A stretch of DNA of 64,000 bases from a virus, in IMG/VR virus record IMGVR_UViG_3300033146_005439, positions 47,383 through 111,382 of that record; one strand, 5' to 3'. The notes under the pieces were generated by a model that saw nothing but the letters and a program-made list of their open reading frames with translations, was not told where the DNA came from and ran no database searches. Both the position numbers and the translations under genes were made by a program. This document shows positions 48,880-59,480 of the stretch, piece by piece (the first letter of the stretch is position 1; each line of letters opens with the position of its first letter).

Positions 48880-50331
48880 TTAATTATAAATATACTTTAT
48901 TTTTCCACAATCCCAAATTCTATTATAACCATTATTTAAACAATTTTGATACTCAGTTAAATTAGGATCATAATTAATAAATAACTTTTTTAATTTTTTA
49001 TGTTGAAAATTACGTTTATGTAGTAACTCAAACTGATTACTAAAATAATAATAACTAGGAGCTACTTCATGCACAAAATCAAAACCATTATTAATATATA
49101 CATTACCAGAAAAATACCTTTTATCTGCAAAAGTTATTATGGGTTTATTATTTCTTGACTTTAAAAAAAACTTAAAAAGTTTACTAAAAGAACCATACAC
49201 CAAAGTATGCTTTCTATTAACAAAACGTACTAAATTATAATAAGTATCATACTCGAACAAAACCATTAAAGACATCAAAATATCTTTATAAAAAAGACCT
49301 ATATATTTGCCTGGAGCAAATCCTTGTATGTGGTTAGCTTCTAAAAATTTTTTAGCTAATACAATAGGTACTTCTTGGATAGTGCATTGTCTAGAACCAA
49401 TTTTATATTTATAAATATTACATTGAGCTAACAACATAGACTCAAGTATAGCATATTTTAACAGATACTCTGGCTCAAAAATTGTAATTAATCTATAATC
49501 TTTATTACTACATTTAAAATATTTATCTTTATGATAATTCTTTGGTTGAGGATATCTATGTAAAGCTTGCTCTGAGTGCCAATACAAACCACAGTATTCT
49601 ATGGCTAAATTAAAATCAGGTAATACTAAGTCTAATTCATAGGGTTTTATTAAAGACCTGTCACTTTGTCTATACTTTATGTTATTATCCTTAAATAAGG
49701 AGGCTAACACATTTTCAGGTTTAAATATTTTAGTAGTACATCTAGGACAACCTTAGCCTCGCAAATGTTTGTCTGGTGATTGTTTAAACATACCGTGTTT
49801 AGGGCAACGGATACTTACGGGTAATTTACTTTTAATATAAATAGTATCCGAATAAATATACTTATTAGCATACACCTTATGTGCCAGCACAACGAAGTCT
49901 TCTGTTGATAAAGTATGTTTAAATGTATTTTTCTCTCTAGCACAAAGCGGGCATCCAGCGCCCCTTAAATGATTATTAGGGGTTTGTTTAAAAACACCAT
50001 GCTTAGAACAAATTATATCCACTTTAGTCATACAATTAATATAATTAACTTTATTATAATTATATTTATTACTATGTATTTTTTGAGCTTGTTGAATAAA
50101 AGTAGTGACATCTTTAGATTTATGATTAATATTTTTCAAACTACCACATATAGGACAACCTTGCCCCCTCATATGTGCATCAGGAGTTTGTAAAAAGATA
50201 CCATGTAGAGGACAAACTATTTCTACTTTAGTTTTTGTATTTATAAAAACTACCTTATCATAATTATAAAAATTAGAATGTTTAAGTATAGATCTTTTTA
50301 AAAAATCCGATTTAGTTAATTTCTTAGGCAT
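48880..50331 (-). pseudogene. Hef-like homing endonuclease gene interrupted by one in-frame TAA (49753-49755)
   Basis: The 192-aa and 276-aa ORFs are in the same frame; read-through gives HLRG*GCPRC, matching the upstream repeats HMRGQGCPIC and HLRGAGCPLC. Contains ELDLVLPDFNLAIEYCGLYWHS nuclease motif and a C-terminal WDCG (GNAT-like) domain. Confidence 0.8.
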
Positions 50332-50358
50332 AATATATTCTCCACAAAAATTTAAAAA

Positions 50359-50401
50359 CTATATCATATAATGATATAGCACTAAACATTTAAAAAGTCA
50401 A
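50359..50401 (-). promoter_or_regulatory. Sigma70-like promoter with a palindrome over the -10 box
   Basis: TTGACT-17 bp-TATATC, with TG upstream of the -10; inverted repeat CTATATCAT-3 nt-ATGATATAG at 50359-50379. Confidence 0.55.
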
Positions 50402-50402
50402 C

Positions 50403-50432
50403 AAAAAAACCCCATGGTTAAAAACCATGGGG
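50403..50432 (-). terminator. Rho-independent terminator after the major tail gene
   Basis: CCCCATGGTT-TTT-AACCATGGGG followed by T7 on the minus strand. Confidence 0.85.
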
Positions 50433-50472
50433 CTTAAGCGATTGATTCGTACCTTATACTAAAACTATTAGG

Positions 50473-52062
50473 TTAACCTACACGTCTAACCTTATTACCA
50501 TTTGTAACATTACCAATAGACACGTCGCCCTTAACTACATAAAGATCATTAGTAGATCTAAATGAGAAAGTCTGTGTAGCATTAGCACCCATATCTAAAG
50601 TCATACCTTCATCCGTAATCTTAAGATGCTCAACAATAACAGTCTTAAGTGGATATTCAGTATCCCCAGCAGCATAAGTTCCCATAACACCATCATGCCA
50701 ATAATTCTGACCTATTAATTTAGAACCAGCCGCTACTTTACGGGCAGAACCTGTACCACCAGCTTCCTCATCTGTTTGAGCATAAACTTTAACTATAAGT
50801 TTAAGATCTTCAGAAGTCATAAGATCAGCAAGATCTAAATCTTCTAAAGTATTAGCATCAAATTCAGCTAATTTATTAGCAACCTTAGCCCAGTTCTCTA
50901 AGTCGCCAGCAGTAGAATCTACAGATACTGTAATAGGAATAGGCATGGTAAGAGGTCTATCATAAGGAGCTAAATGCCCAAGCTCAGATAGAGGCTCACG
51001 AGTAAGGTCACAACTAATGGTACAACCAGTTAAACGCCAAGCAATATCATAAGCTGTGTCTGTTTCAGAAATTATATGAACTTCCACTTGACCCTGACGA
51101 AGAGCACCAATAAAATCAGGCCTATCAGTATCATGTAAAATTTCAAAATAAGTATTATGAGCACCAGTACCATAAGCATTAGCAGCATAAATAATTTCTA
51201 AACGATCATCTGTAGCAAATGTATTATTTGTTGGAAAATAAACACGGTGTTCTGTTCCGTTATCATGATATACAAAAGTATCAGCCGCAGCAGCTGAACC
51301 AGCAACAACTTCAATAGTTTTAGCAGTATTAGCACTTACATCATATACAGTTATACCAGGAGCACCATTCTCATCTTTTCTTAAGAAACCTAAACCCGAA
51401 GATAATACAGCTACATCATCCCCAGCGCCTAAAGAAAGAAGAACAGAACCCGCAGTTAAATCTGCAGAACTTAACTTAAATGAGTCTTGGTTAACAAAAC
51501 GACCATCATTTAATAACCACATTTTGTTATCAGTTTCAGCACCATAGTTCTCAGTTGCATTAGCACCCGAAGAATAAGCAAATTCAAGACTATTAATATA
51601 GACTTTGTCAAGAAATACTGTCTGATCAATATTATTAGCTAAAGATCCGATAGAGCACTCTTCCTGAACGGGAGCCCATAAACTAACGCCGGGCAAGTTA
51701 CCACAGGTAACAGCGAAGTCAGCCAAACAAGCACCATGTAGAAAAGTTCCTACAGGACTCATAGCGCTATCTACAACTTCAAGGTTAGCATTATTACCTG
51801 AAGCTGTCGTATCCATAGCACGTTTCTCAGGAAGAACCTGTGCTAATGTAGCAAGTGTTTTAACATCACCAAAATCATTGGTATTTAACGTTACAGCCAC
51901 ACTAGGAACATCATCAACAACGTCAATAATATCAAGGTGGCCCAATTCGAAAATATCTTCACTGGTAAAAGTAGTTGTAGAACCAAATGACTGGACTCTA
52001 TAGAGTACCTCGCCATTACACCACACACTTTGTGATGCATAAATTATTCTATTTCTAGCCAT
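50473..52062 (-). CDS. Probable major tail tube protein
   Basis: 529 aa; strong AAGGAG RBS, its own leader and terminator; RVQSFGSTTTFTSEDIFELG and CDLTREPLSELG tube-like hairpin motifs; located between completion and chaperone genes. Confidence 0.65.
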   Translation of the reverse strand: MARNRIIYASQSVWCNGEVLYRVQSFGSTTTFTSEDIFELGHLDIIDVVDDVPSVAVTLNTNDFGDVKTLATLAQVLPEKRAMDTTASGNNANLEVVDSAMSPVGTFLHGACLADFAVTCGNLPGVSLWAPVQEECSIGSLANNIDQTVFLDKVYINSLEFAYSSGANATENYGAETDNKMWLLNDGRFVNQDSFKLSSADLTAGSVLLSLGAGDDVAVLSSGLGFLRKDENGAPGITVYDVSANTAKTIEVVAGSAAAADTFVYHDNGTEHRVYFPTNNTFATDDRLEIIYAANAYGTGAHNTYFEILHDTDRPDFIGALRQGQVEVHIISETDTAYDIAWRLTGCTISCDLTREPLSELGHLAPYDRPLTMPIPITVSVDSTAGDLENWAKVANKLAEFDANTLEDLDLADLMTSEDLKLIVKVYAQTDEEAGGTGSARKVAAGSKLIGQNYWHDGVMGTYAAGDTEYPLKTVIVEHLKITDEGMTLDMGANATQTFSFRSTNDLYVVKGDVSIGNVTNGNKVRRVG

Positions 52063-52161
52063 AATTTTTTCTCCTTAAAAATTAATTAAAATTTAAATAG
52101 GTTGGTATATTTTTTAGGCCTTTTCCACGACAAGTAAATTTATCGTAATTTCATCTCTTAT

Positions 52162-52182
52162 CTTAATAAAGGTTAGTTAAAT
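52162..52182 (-). promoter_or_regulatory. Recurring motif ATTTAACTAACC..TATTAAG (candidate phage promoter)
   Basis: Minus strand ATTTAACTAACCTTTATTAAG, about 100 nt upstream of the major tail gene. Confidence 0.5.
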
Positions 52183-52184
52183 AA

Positions 52185-53600
52185 TTATCTATATTTTTTT
52201 ACATATTTTAAATTACCGCAATCCCAAATAATGTTATAACCCTGACCTAATCTATATTCTTGCTCAGTTAATTTAGTATTAATAGAAATAAGTTGTTTTC
52301 TTAAATTATACCTATAAATACGTTTAGTGTTAGTAGTAAAGTACCAATAGTTTGGAACTGTAGCTTTATCATAATTAAAACCTAATACCTCATATAATTT
52401 ACCAGAAGACCATCTTAAATCAGCATAAGATATTAAATAATTACAAATATAATTCTTTTCAAAATACTTTAATAATTTAGAAGCTATACCTATAATACTA
52501 AAACATTGTTTAGAACAAAAACGATGTAATTCATAAGTATTATTATACTGCTTAGAATAACCTTTCACTAAAGAAGGCCTAGCAAAAGTCATAACAGCTA
52601 CTAGATAACCTTCATAAAAAGCCCCTAATTTTATAGAAGCTCCTGCACCATAACCTTGAAGATGATTTTCTTCACAAAAAAGTCTAGCAGTAGTAGTAGA
52701 TATTTCTTTGATAACACATTTTCTAGCATATAATTTAATTAATAAATTAGAATTAATTAAAGAAATTAATCTAGATTTACAAATATCCTTTTTAGTAAGC
52801 CATTCATCTTCAAAAATAGTTATTAAAGTAATATCTTTTTTTAAACAAGCATCATACTTATTCCTATGATAATATTTATCTTTACCATTTTTTACACTAT
52901 GCCAAAATAGTCCATTATATTCTATAGCTATCTTTAGCTCAGGCAAATAAATATCTAATTCCTTTGGTTCTATAATGGTTCTATCATTATAAATAATAGT
53001 ACTTTTATAAATACTTTCTATAAAAAACCTTAATTCTAATTCTGAACGTGAAATTCCAGTTAAAGAACATACAGGGCATCTAACATTCTTAGAATTAAAA
53101 TTATCCCAAGAAATTTTAAATAAATGATTATTAGGACAAACACATTCTAAAAGTTGTTTATTATTAAAATAAGTAGTTGTTAATAAAGAGTACCCTTCTT
53201 TTTTAAAAACCTCTTTTATTTCAATAATAGATTTCTTTTTTCTACCAGAACACTCTGGACAACGATAGCCAGTACTCCAATTATTCCAAGATATAGTAAA
53301 TGTATGATTATTAGGACATTGTACTTTTAATAGACTACTACTATTAATATAAGATGTACTAATTAAAGTATAACCTTCTTTTTCAAAAGATTGTGATACT
53401 TGTTCAAAAGTTAAAGGACTGTTTCCAGCACATTTAGCACATCTAATTCCTCTACGCCAATGATCCATACGCATGGAGCCCTTATGACCTTTTGGGCAAA
53501 GATATTTAAATTTTTTTGTTTTGAAATCATAAGATAAACAGGTATAATTATCTATTAAAAGTTCTTTATTAATTTTAGATATAGTAAGTCTAGGGGGCAT
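52185..53600 (-). mobile_element. Free-standing Hef-like homing endonuclease gene
   Basis: 471 aa; three CPxxH...CxxC zinc-ribbon repeats; ELDIYLPELKIAIEYNGLFWHS...ITIFEDEW (Vsr-like); C-terminal ISYADLRWSSG...WDCG domain. Confidence 0.8.
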
Positions 53601-53608
53601 AAAAACTC

Positions 53609-53660
53609 CTTATTATAATTGTATTTAATAAATTATAATAAGATTTATTTAAAAAGTCAA
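53609..53660 (-). promoter_or_regulatory. Near-consensus sigma70 promoter plus RBS-occluding hairpin
   Basis: TTGACT (53655-53660)-17 bp-TATAAT (53632-53637); 12-bp inverted repeat at 53609-53642 includes the TAAG of the TAAGGAG RBS. Confidence 0.7.
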
Positions 53661-53666
53661 TACTAT

Positions 53667-54527
53667 TTAAGCATAACTTCGCAGATCACAAGTTATTTTA
53701 GCTCTATAAGCATTTAAATCAGATAACATAACTTTATCCATGCCCCGCGACATAGATAAGGGTAAACTTATATTTCTATGTGATACATTTTCAAACATTA
53801 AAGCACTAGAACCACTAATTGTTGCTCTACTAAATAAAGTTTCATCTTTATTCATATTATACCTACGTCCATAAAAAGTACCATCATAATCTAATACAGT
53901 GCCTTCAGGTAATTCATATAAAGGACAACTTTTTAAATATAAACCATCATACAAAACCTCTACAATATCATTTCTTTCTGCCGGGGAAGAAGCAAAAATA
54001 TGTAAAGTCATTTTACGATCTATTTGTTTACCACTACCAAGTTGATATCCTTTTTTATCAGTACCACTTATATCCAATACTACTACAGGAGGATCTGCAG
54101 CGGTAATAGCGCTCCATTCATCTACTAAACTAACATAATTCCAATAATAATCAATCATAACAGGTTTAACATATCTAGAAGTAATAATTCTACCATCTAT
54201 ATAATCTATCATGTACCGTGTATCATCTATAACATTACCATTCTGATCATAAACTTTAACCCTGTTACTTTGTTCAGGAGTTCCTGAATAAGTAGGCGTA
54301 TTAACTAAACAATTATCAAAATCACCATCAAAATAAACTAAACCTCTTCCTCTATCAAAGGGGGCTGGTTCTAAAACATTATCTATCTCATAAACACTTG
54401 TGTTACCTTCAGATAGTTCTTCTATATAAACTAATTTTTCTTGTTCTTGCTTCTCGATAAAAGCTTTTAAAACAACATCTTTTAAATATAAATAAACACT
54501 ATCATCTTCATGTCTTAATCTATACAT
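53667..54527 (-). CDS. Putative tail terminator/completion protein
   Basis: 286 aa; PPVVVLD...GYQLGSG...LHIFASSPAERNDIVEVLYDGL fits the tail-completion pattern; position before the tube gene. Confidence 0.55.
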   Translation of the reverse strand: MYRLRHEDDSVYLYLKDVVLKAFIEKQEQEKLVYIEELSEGNTSVYEIDNVLEPAPFDRGRGLVYFDGDFDNCLVNTPTYSGTPEQSNRVKVYDQNGNVIDDTRYMIDYIDGRIITSRYVKPVMIDYYWNYVSLVDEWSAITAADPPVVVLDISGTDKKGYQLGSGKQIDRKMTLHIFASSPAERNDIVEVLYDGLYLKSCPLYELPEGTVLDYDGTFYGRRYNMNKDETLFSRATISGSSALMFENVSHRNISLPLSMSRGMDKVMLSDLNAYRAKITCDLRSYA

Positions 54528-55171
54528 TATATTCCCCTAATATCTAAATAAGTAAGTGCGTTATTTATACCTACACTTATCCAAGAATCTATATTAGCAT
54601 TTACATAATTCTCTAAACCTTCAAACACATTTAATGGAGGCATATTTGAAAAAGGAAAAAATACTAATTTTTTATCTAAAATTTCTTGTGCTATTTGTGA
54701 TAATTCACTTTTAATGTTTAATAATCTAAAACGTCTACTTGCTGGTAAATCTGAAGAAATAACTCCAGGTAAAGACCTAAAACGCCTTTTTACTTTATCA
54801 TCTAAACCTTTAGATTTTAATATCACATTTAAATCTTTTTCTGGTAATTCTAAATAATTACCAACAACACCTTCAGTTATAAATTTTAAAATAACTAAAT
54901 CATCACTAAAATCAAAAGTATCTTCATTAGGTATTTCTAATTGTACCTGAGAAGTATCTGATATAAATTGAAACTTAGTTAAACGTTCTATAAAACTATC
55001 ATAAAAAAATTCAGGATTAGCTAAACTATCCTTTTCTATAGTTACACCTAATAATAAATCTTCATAAAGATTGGAAGCTTCCTCTATAATATCTGGTATA
55101 TGTTTATTAAATTCTTCTGAAATAAAATGTTCTAAATTATATTCTATTTTTTTAACTACTTTTTTAGACAT
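54527..55171 (-). CDS. Putative neck/morphogenesis protein
   Basis: 214 aa; located between closure-like and terminator-like genes. Confidence 0.45.
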   Translation of the reverse strand: MSKKVVKKIEYNLEHFISEEFNKHIPDIIEEASNLYEDLLLGVTIEKDSLANPEFFYDSFIERLTKFQFISDTSQVQLEIPNEDTFDFSDDLVILKFITEGVVGNYLELPEKDLNVILKSKGLDDKVKRRFRSLPGVISSDLPASRRFRLLNIKSELSQIAQEILDKKLVFFPFSNMPPLNVFEGLENYVNANIDSWISVGINNALTYLDIRGI

Positions 55172-55763
55172 AATTCTTAATTATTTCACCACTATCTATT
55201 TTAGGTTTTTCTGTAGTAAAAGCAGTCACTATCATAAGAGACTGATTACCTAAACCTCTTAATACAGGTGCCCTGGATAATTTGCATTCTACACCATCAA
55301 CTATAATTTTAGTACTATCCTTAAATAAATTATAATATTTAGGATGTGTTTTTAATTCAACAATTGTGGAACCTTCTGTCCCGGCGGCAGTATATACCGT
55401 AGCATTTTCATAACCTCTAACAGATGGGTCCCAAGTAACTTTACATTTTGCCCAAGCTCGGCGATGTACTTCTAAGTAACCTTTACCTTTACACACAGGG
55501 CATCTACCTTTAGCAAAATATTTATAACGTAAGCCTGTTCCCCCAGACTGTTCATACTCATTTTGTTTTTGTATAGCTTCTCTTAAAGTCCACTTACATT
55601 CATTAATACTTTTATCTGTTAACTTATCATAATAACAATTAGGGCACTCAGATTTTATAGGTTGCTTATATACTAAAACATTTCTACCTAAACCATCTAT
55701 AACAGCATCTCTGATGCGTCGCTGATATTTCATTTTAGTTTTTGGTCTAATTCTATTCCTCAT
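55164..55763 (-). CDS. Putative head closure/stopper protein with Zn finger
   Basis: 199 aa; CPNC and CPVCKGKG; position in the connector cluster. Confidence 0.5.
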   Translation of the reverse strand: MRNRIRPKTKMKYQRRIRDAVIDGLGRNVLVYKQPIKSECPNCYYDKLTDKSINECKWTLREAIQKQNEYEQSGGTGLRYKYFAKGRCPVCKGKGYLEVHRRAWAKCKVTWDPSVRGYENATVYTAAGTEGSTIVELKTHPKYYNLFKDSTKIIVDGVECKLSRAPVLRGLGNQSLMIVTAFTTEKPKIDSGEIIKNYV

Positions 55764-55785
55764 GATTATTTCCTAATTTTAAAAA

Positions 55786-56739
55786 TTAATCTACCCTAAC
55801 CCCTACAATACCTAACAACCTATTAGCTTTTATCGCATCATCTAATCTCTTTCTTAATTTAGATAACATGTCTGCTCTAGCTCTAAGTCCTGCAGAAGGA
55901 TCATATGTTGAACCTTCGTCTTTTATCAAAGCACCATCCTCATTAATATGTTCCCAAGATTCACTTGATAATAAATCATAAGATGTTTGTAAAATAAAAA
56001 TCTCTTGAGTACAATTAGTCATATTTAAAGGCGGTGGTGGAGGACAATGGTCATAAGCCTCCATAATATGTCTATCAGAAAATCTAAAAGTATAATACCA
56101 AAGATCTACACTATATTGCACACCACTAACTGTAGTTATAGTTGTATCTATAGCTTCTTGAAACTTTAAATATCTATAACCATTAACACTAGGATCATTC
56201 TTTTTAGTATATTGTTTTCCATACATATTAACACTAGAAGGCCATCCTGTTTCAATCATTTCATAAACGCGGCCATCAGGATGTATAGATGCTTCTGCTT
56301 CTGGACCAAATTCTCTATGAAGACCTATAGGATCACCTATTAAAATACGTATTCTATCTATAACTATTTGATCTGCGGCACTAAACGTTTTTTCTGGTGG
56401 ATATATTGGATTATAATATAGATCACCAGGATCACCTTGAACAGGATCTGACCAAGCACTAGAACCACTAGTAGTAGTATTTAAATACCTACTAATGTAC
56501 CAACTAGTATCATGCCCATTAGGATCAGTAAAATAATATTCTTCATAAGAAGACAATAATTTAACATCACTAACATTAGTACGATCACTCATATGATCTA
56601 TACCACTAATAGTAGCATAATCTGTTAAATCAATAGGTAAAGGAGGGGCTCCTTCCTTATTATATTTTAATAATTCTACAGTATCAAAAAGTTTTAATAC
56701 TTCCTTAACATTTTCTACAGTTATTGTTAAATTTATCAT
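55786..56739 (-). CDS. Putative head-tail adaptor
   Basis: 317 aa; IDRIRILIGDP...FSDRHI...IKDEGSTYDPS and a helical C-terminus resemble connector/adaptor proteins. Confidence 0.5.
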   Translation of the reverse strand: MINLTITVENVKEVLKLFDTVELLKYNKEGAPPLPIDLTDYATISGIDHMSDRTNVSDVKLLSSYEEYYFTDPNGHDTSWYISRYLNTTTSGSSAWSDPVQGDPGDLYYNPIYPPEKTFSAADQIVIDRIRILIGDPIGLHREFGPEAEASIHPDGRVYEMIETGWPSSVNMYGKQYTKKNDPSVNGYRYLKFQEAIDTTITTVSGVQYSVDLWYYTFRFSDRHIMEAYDHCPPPPPLNMTNCTQEIFILQTSYDLLSSESWEHINEDGALIKDEGSTYDPSAGLRARADMLSKLRKRLDDAIKANRLLGIVGVRVD

Positions 56740-56740
56740 A

Positions 56741-59044
56741 TCAATGTAACCTTGGTAATGGGAATTTAGGCTTTCCTATTTTCGGTGTTTCTTTTTCAAT
56801 AATATTAGGTTTATTTTCTGATTGGCCTGTTACTACAGGAACCACTTCCTTAGAATATACTACAGGCATTACTTCCTCACCTTCTATAAATATAGCTCCA
56901 GAAGAAATACCTACCATATCTACTTCACATACTTGAACTGCTTTATAGAATACTTTAACAGCACTAAAATATACTGTATCTAAATAAAGACTTACATTTT
57001 TCTCGCCGGTTAAAATTATACTTGAAACAGCGTCTTGTATAAAACCAAAATCTTCCATATTAATTATAACACGCTGCCAAGTATTAACTTCTTCTAATTT
57101 AATATAGTTACTTAATTTAAGAACATCACTATACTTACCTGATTTAGTTCTCATCTTTATATTAATATCATCATCTCTACCATTACTATATAATTTTACA
57201 TAAAAAGATAAAGACTCATAACTATTAATATCAACACCTATAGGATGTGTAAATATAATTTGATTTGTATTTAAATTTTTAGCATCTAAACCATTTGTTC
57301 CAGAATATCTAGCATAAGAAGCTTCTGTACCATAACCTAATCTTGTCCAATCAGTCGGTTTATCTAAAGCACCTGTACCATCCCAAATAATTTCTTCAGA
57401 CTCAACAGGACATACTTCATCAATAAATAAAATCTCATCATCAAAAGTTGTTCCACCACCGTAAATATAACCTACTATCTTAAAATAACCTACATCAGTA
57501 AAACCAAGTTTTTTAGTTTTTTGATCTATACCTGTAGGTGATTCCCAAATAAGTTCCCAAGGACCGATCCCTGAAGTTGTAGTATCTTTATATACTTCCC
57601 AACTATAACCACTAATAGTACCATCTAAAGAGGTTCCTATAATATCTAACACATAATAACAATCTTCGGGAGTAACAGTAACTGTAGTATCAAAAATAAT
57701 ATTATCTTCAATATAAGCTGTTCTATTATCCCAACCATCATTCCAATGCCCACGCAAACCTATTATAGAATCAACAGCAGAAGGTATTACATTATATTTA
57801 TAGTTATAACTTACATCTAATTTTTCATCTACAATAGAACCATCCTGTTTAAAAAGCCAATCATATTCAATACAATTGGGGAGCCCTGTCCCTACTCTAT
57901 CAGTATTAGTAGAAGTATTTTCAAATTCAACTATATTATCTAATAAAGCTTTTGGAGGGTCTTGTACAAAAGAAAGTTGAGGTCCTGAAAATTTCTTTTG
58001 ATTAAATACTTCTGTATAATTAATAGTTAAATCATTAAAACCATCATTCCAATAAATAATAATATCTATATTATGATTACCTGGGTTAGTAAAAGCACCT
58101 GATGTTGCTGGATTACCACACCAAGTAGTACCTTCACCTTCAGAATGATAAACTATATCATCTTTTGTTGTATTATTAATAGTTGTAGATGTATCACCAT
58201 AGGAACCAGTATCATTAATTACCCAATCTATACGTGTAATCCTATCGTTAGGATCTGTGCCTGCATATTTAAAAGATACCAAAGTATTAGGTGTAAGTAT
58301 CTCATTTGAAACTGCTTGAAAACAAGAAATATTAGGCACAGGTTCTTTAAATCTTATATCAATTCTTTTAATATCTATAGTATAGTCAGAACATTCATCT
58401 AACACTGTTAACTTTACATCATAAGAGCCGGCGGTGCTCCAATGATGTTGCCCATTAGCTACACCAGAAAGCCTCTCAATAGTACCATCACCCCAATCAT
58501 AAACAGAACCAGAAATAGTATTAATTAATTGAATATTTTGACCATATCTAGTTCTATAATGATGCATTGAAGTACCATTAAAATCCCAAGCATGTACATC
58601 ATAAGAATGGTTAGTGGCCGTATAATAATCTCCCACTAAACCATCAGTACTTAAATACCATACTAAATTAGGTAGTATATTATCTTTTACTTGTATATTT
58701 AAAGTATAAACGTCAGCACTAGTTAAAGTTACTTCTGTTGCTCCCCATTCTAATAATCTATGAGGTCCTTCACATAAACTATTTCTATCAGAAGTATCTC
58801 CTGACCAAAATACTATAACTATTTTAGAATCAACTAAAGCAACACCTTCTTGGCCTAAAAAATCTGCATCCCCTAAATTAAAATTCCAATAAGAAGAAGA
58901 TTCACAAATTCTAACCGCATTCCAAGAAGTAGGCGAAGAAGCAGTACCATTAGGATAAAATAAAGCTTGATATTTAACAGTATCTCCAGCTAAACTACCA
59001 TCTTTTAAATAGGCAAATCCTGAAAATGTTTTATTTAAAGCCAT
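56741..59044 (-). CDS. PKD-domain and CBM-like virion surface protein
   Basis: 767 aa; YDWGDGT...HHWSTAGSYDVKLTV is a PKD signature; C-terminal YESLSFYVK...WQRVIINMEDF...LYLDTVYF is CBM-like. Confidence 0.7.
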   Translation of the reverse strand: MALNKTFSGFAYLKDGSLAGDTVKYQALFYPNGTASSPTSWNAVRICESSSYWNFNLGDADFLGQEGVALVDSKIVIVFWSGDTSDRNSLCEGPHRLLEWGATEVTLTSADVYTLNIQVKDNILPNLVWYLSTDGLVGDYYTATNHSYDVHAWDFNGTSMHHYRTRYGQNIQLINTISGSVYDWGDGTIERLSGVANGQHHWSTAGSYDVKLTVLDECSDYTIDIKRIDIRFKEPVPNISCFQAVSNEILTPNTLVSFKYAGTDPNDRITRIDWVINDTGSYGDTSTTINNTTKDDIVYHSEGEGTTWCGNPATSGAFTNPGNHNIDIIIYWNDGFNDLTINYTEVFNQKKFSGPQLSFVQDPPKALLDNIVEFENTSTNTDRVGTGLPNCIEYDWLFKQDGSIVDEKLDVSYNYKYNVIPSAVDSIIGLRGHWNDGWDNRTAYIEDNIIFDTTVTVTPEDCYYVLDIIGTSLDGTISGYSWEVYKDTTTSGIGPWELIWESPTGIDQKTKKLGFTDVGYFKIVGYIYGGGTTFDDEILFIDEVCPVESEEIIWDGTGALDKPTDWTRLGYGTEASYARYSGTNGLDAKNLNTNQIIFTHPIGVDINSYESLSFYVKLYSNGRDDDINIKMRTKSGKYSDVLKLSNYIKLEEVNTWQRVIINMEDFGFIQDAVSSIILTGEKNVSLYLDTVYFSAVKVFYKAVQVCEVDMVGISSGAIFIEGEEVMPVVYSKEVVPVVTGQSENKPNIIEKETPKIGKPKFPLPRLH

Positions 59045-59455
59045 TTAAACTTCTCCCCAAGAAATAACATATGGAGGAGTACTCCCTATAACCTTTATCC
59101 AAAAACCAGTAACTTCATCACCAGTTGTATCAGTATACATCAATTTAAAATTATGAATACTATCTATAGGAGTAACACCAACTACATAAGAATAAAACAT
59201 CTGAGCATCACCAGTGAAAGTATTAGCTACTTCAACAATACCTGTTCCATATTTATCAGTTATTTGATCTAAGATATAATTTTCAAATTTGGCTAAAGTA
59301 ACATTATCGTGCACATGCTTATGCTCTATGGATGACCAATAACCATACTTTACAGGCATAGCTATTAATTGCCAACCACCTTCTAATTCAACATAACCAC
59401 TACAAATACCACTACTAGTGGCTGAGCATGGACCATAACCTCGTGTAATTATCAT
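59045..59455 (-). CDS. Hypothetical virion protein
   Basis: 136 aa; VELEGGWQLIAMP...GFWIKV. Confidence 0.55.
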   Translation of the reverse strand: MIITRGYGPCSATSSGICSGYVELEGGWQLIAMPVKYGYWSSIEHKHVHDNVTLAKFENYILDQITDKYGTGIVEVANTFTGDAQMFYSYVVGVTPIDSIHNFKLMYTDTTGDEVTGFWIKVIGSTPPYVISWGEV

Positions 59456-59480
59456 CTGTTTTTAAAACTACCTAAAAGTA

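Noticed and set aside
49753-49755. In-frame TAA as evidence of stop-codon reassignment
   Set aside because: TAA is the normal terminator of most genes here, and coding density is high under code 11; this is an isolated event
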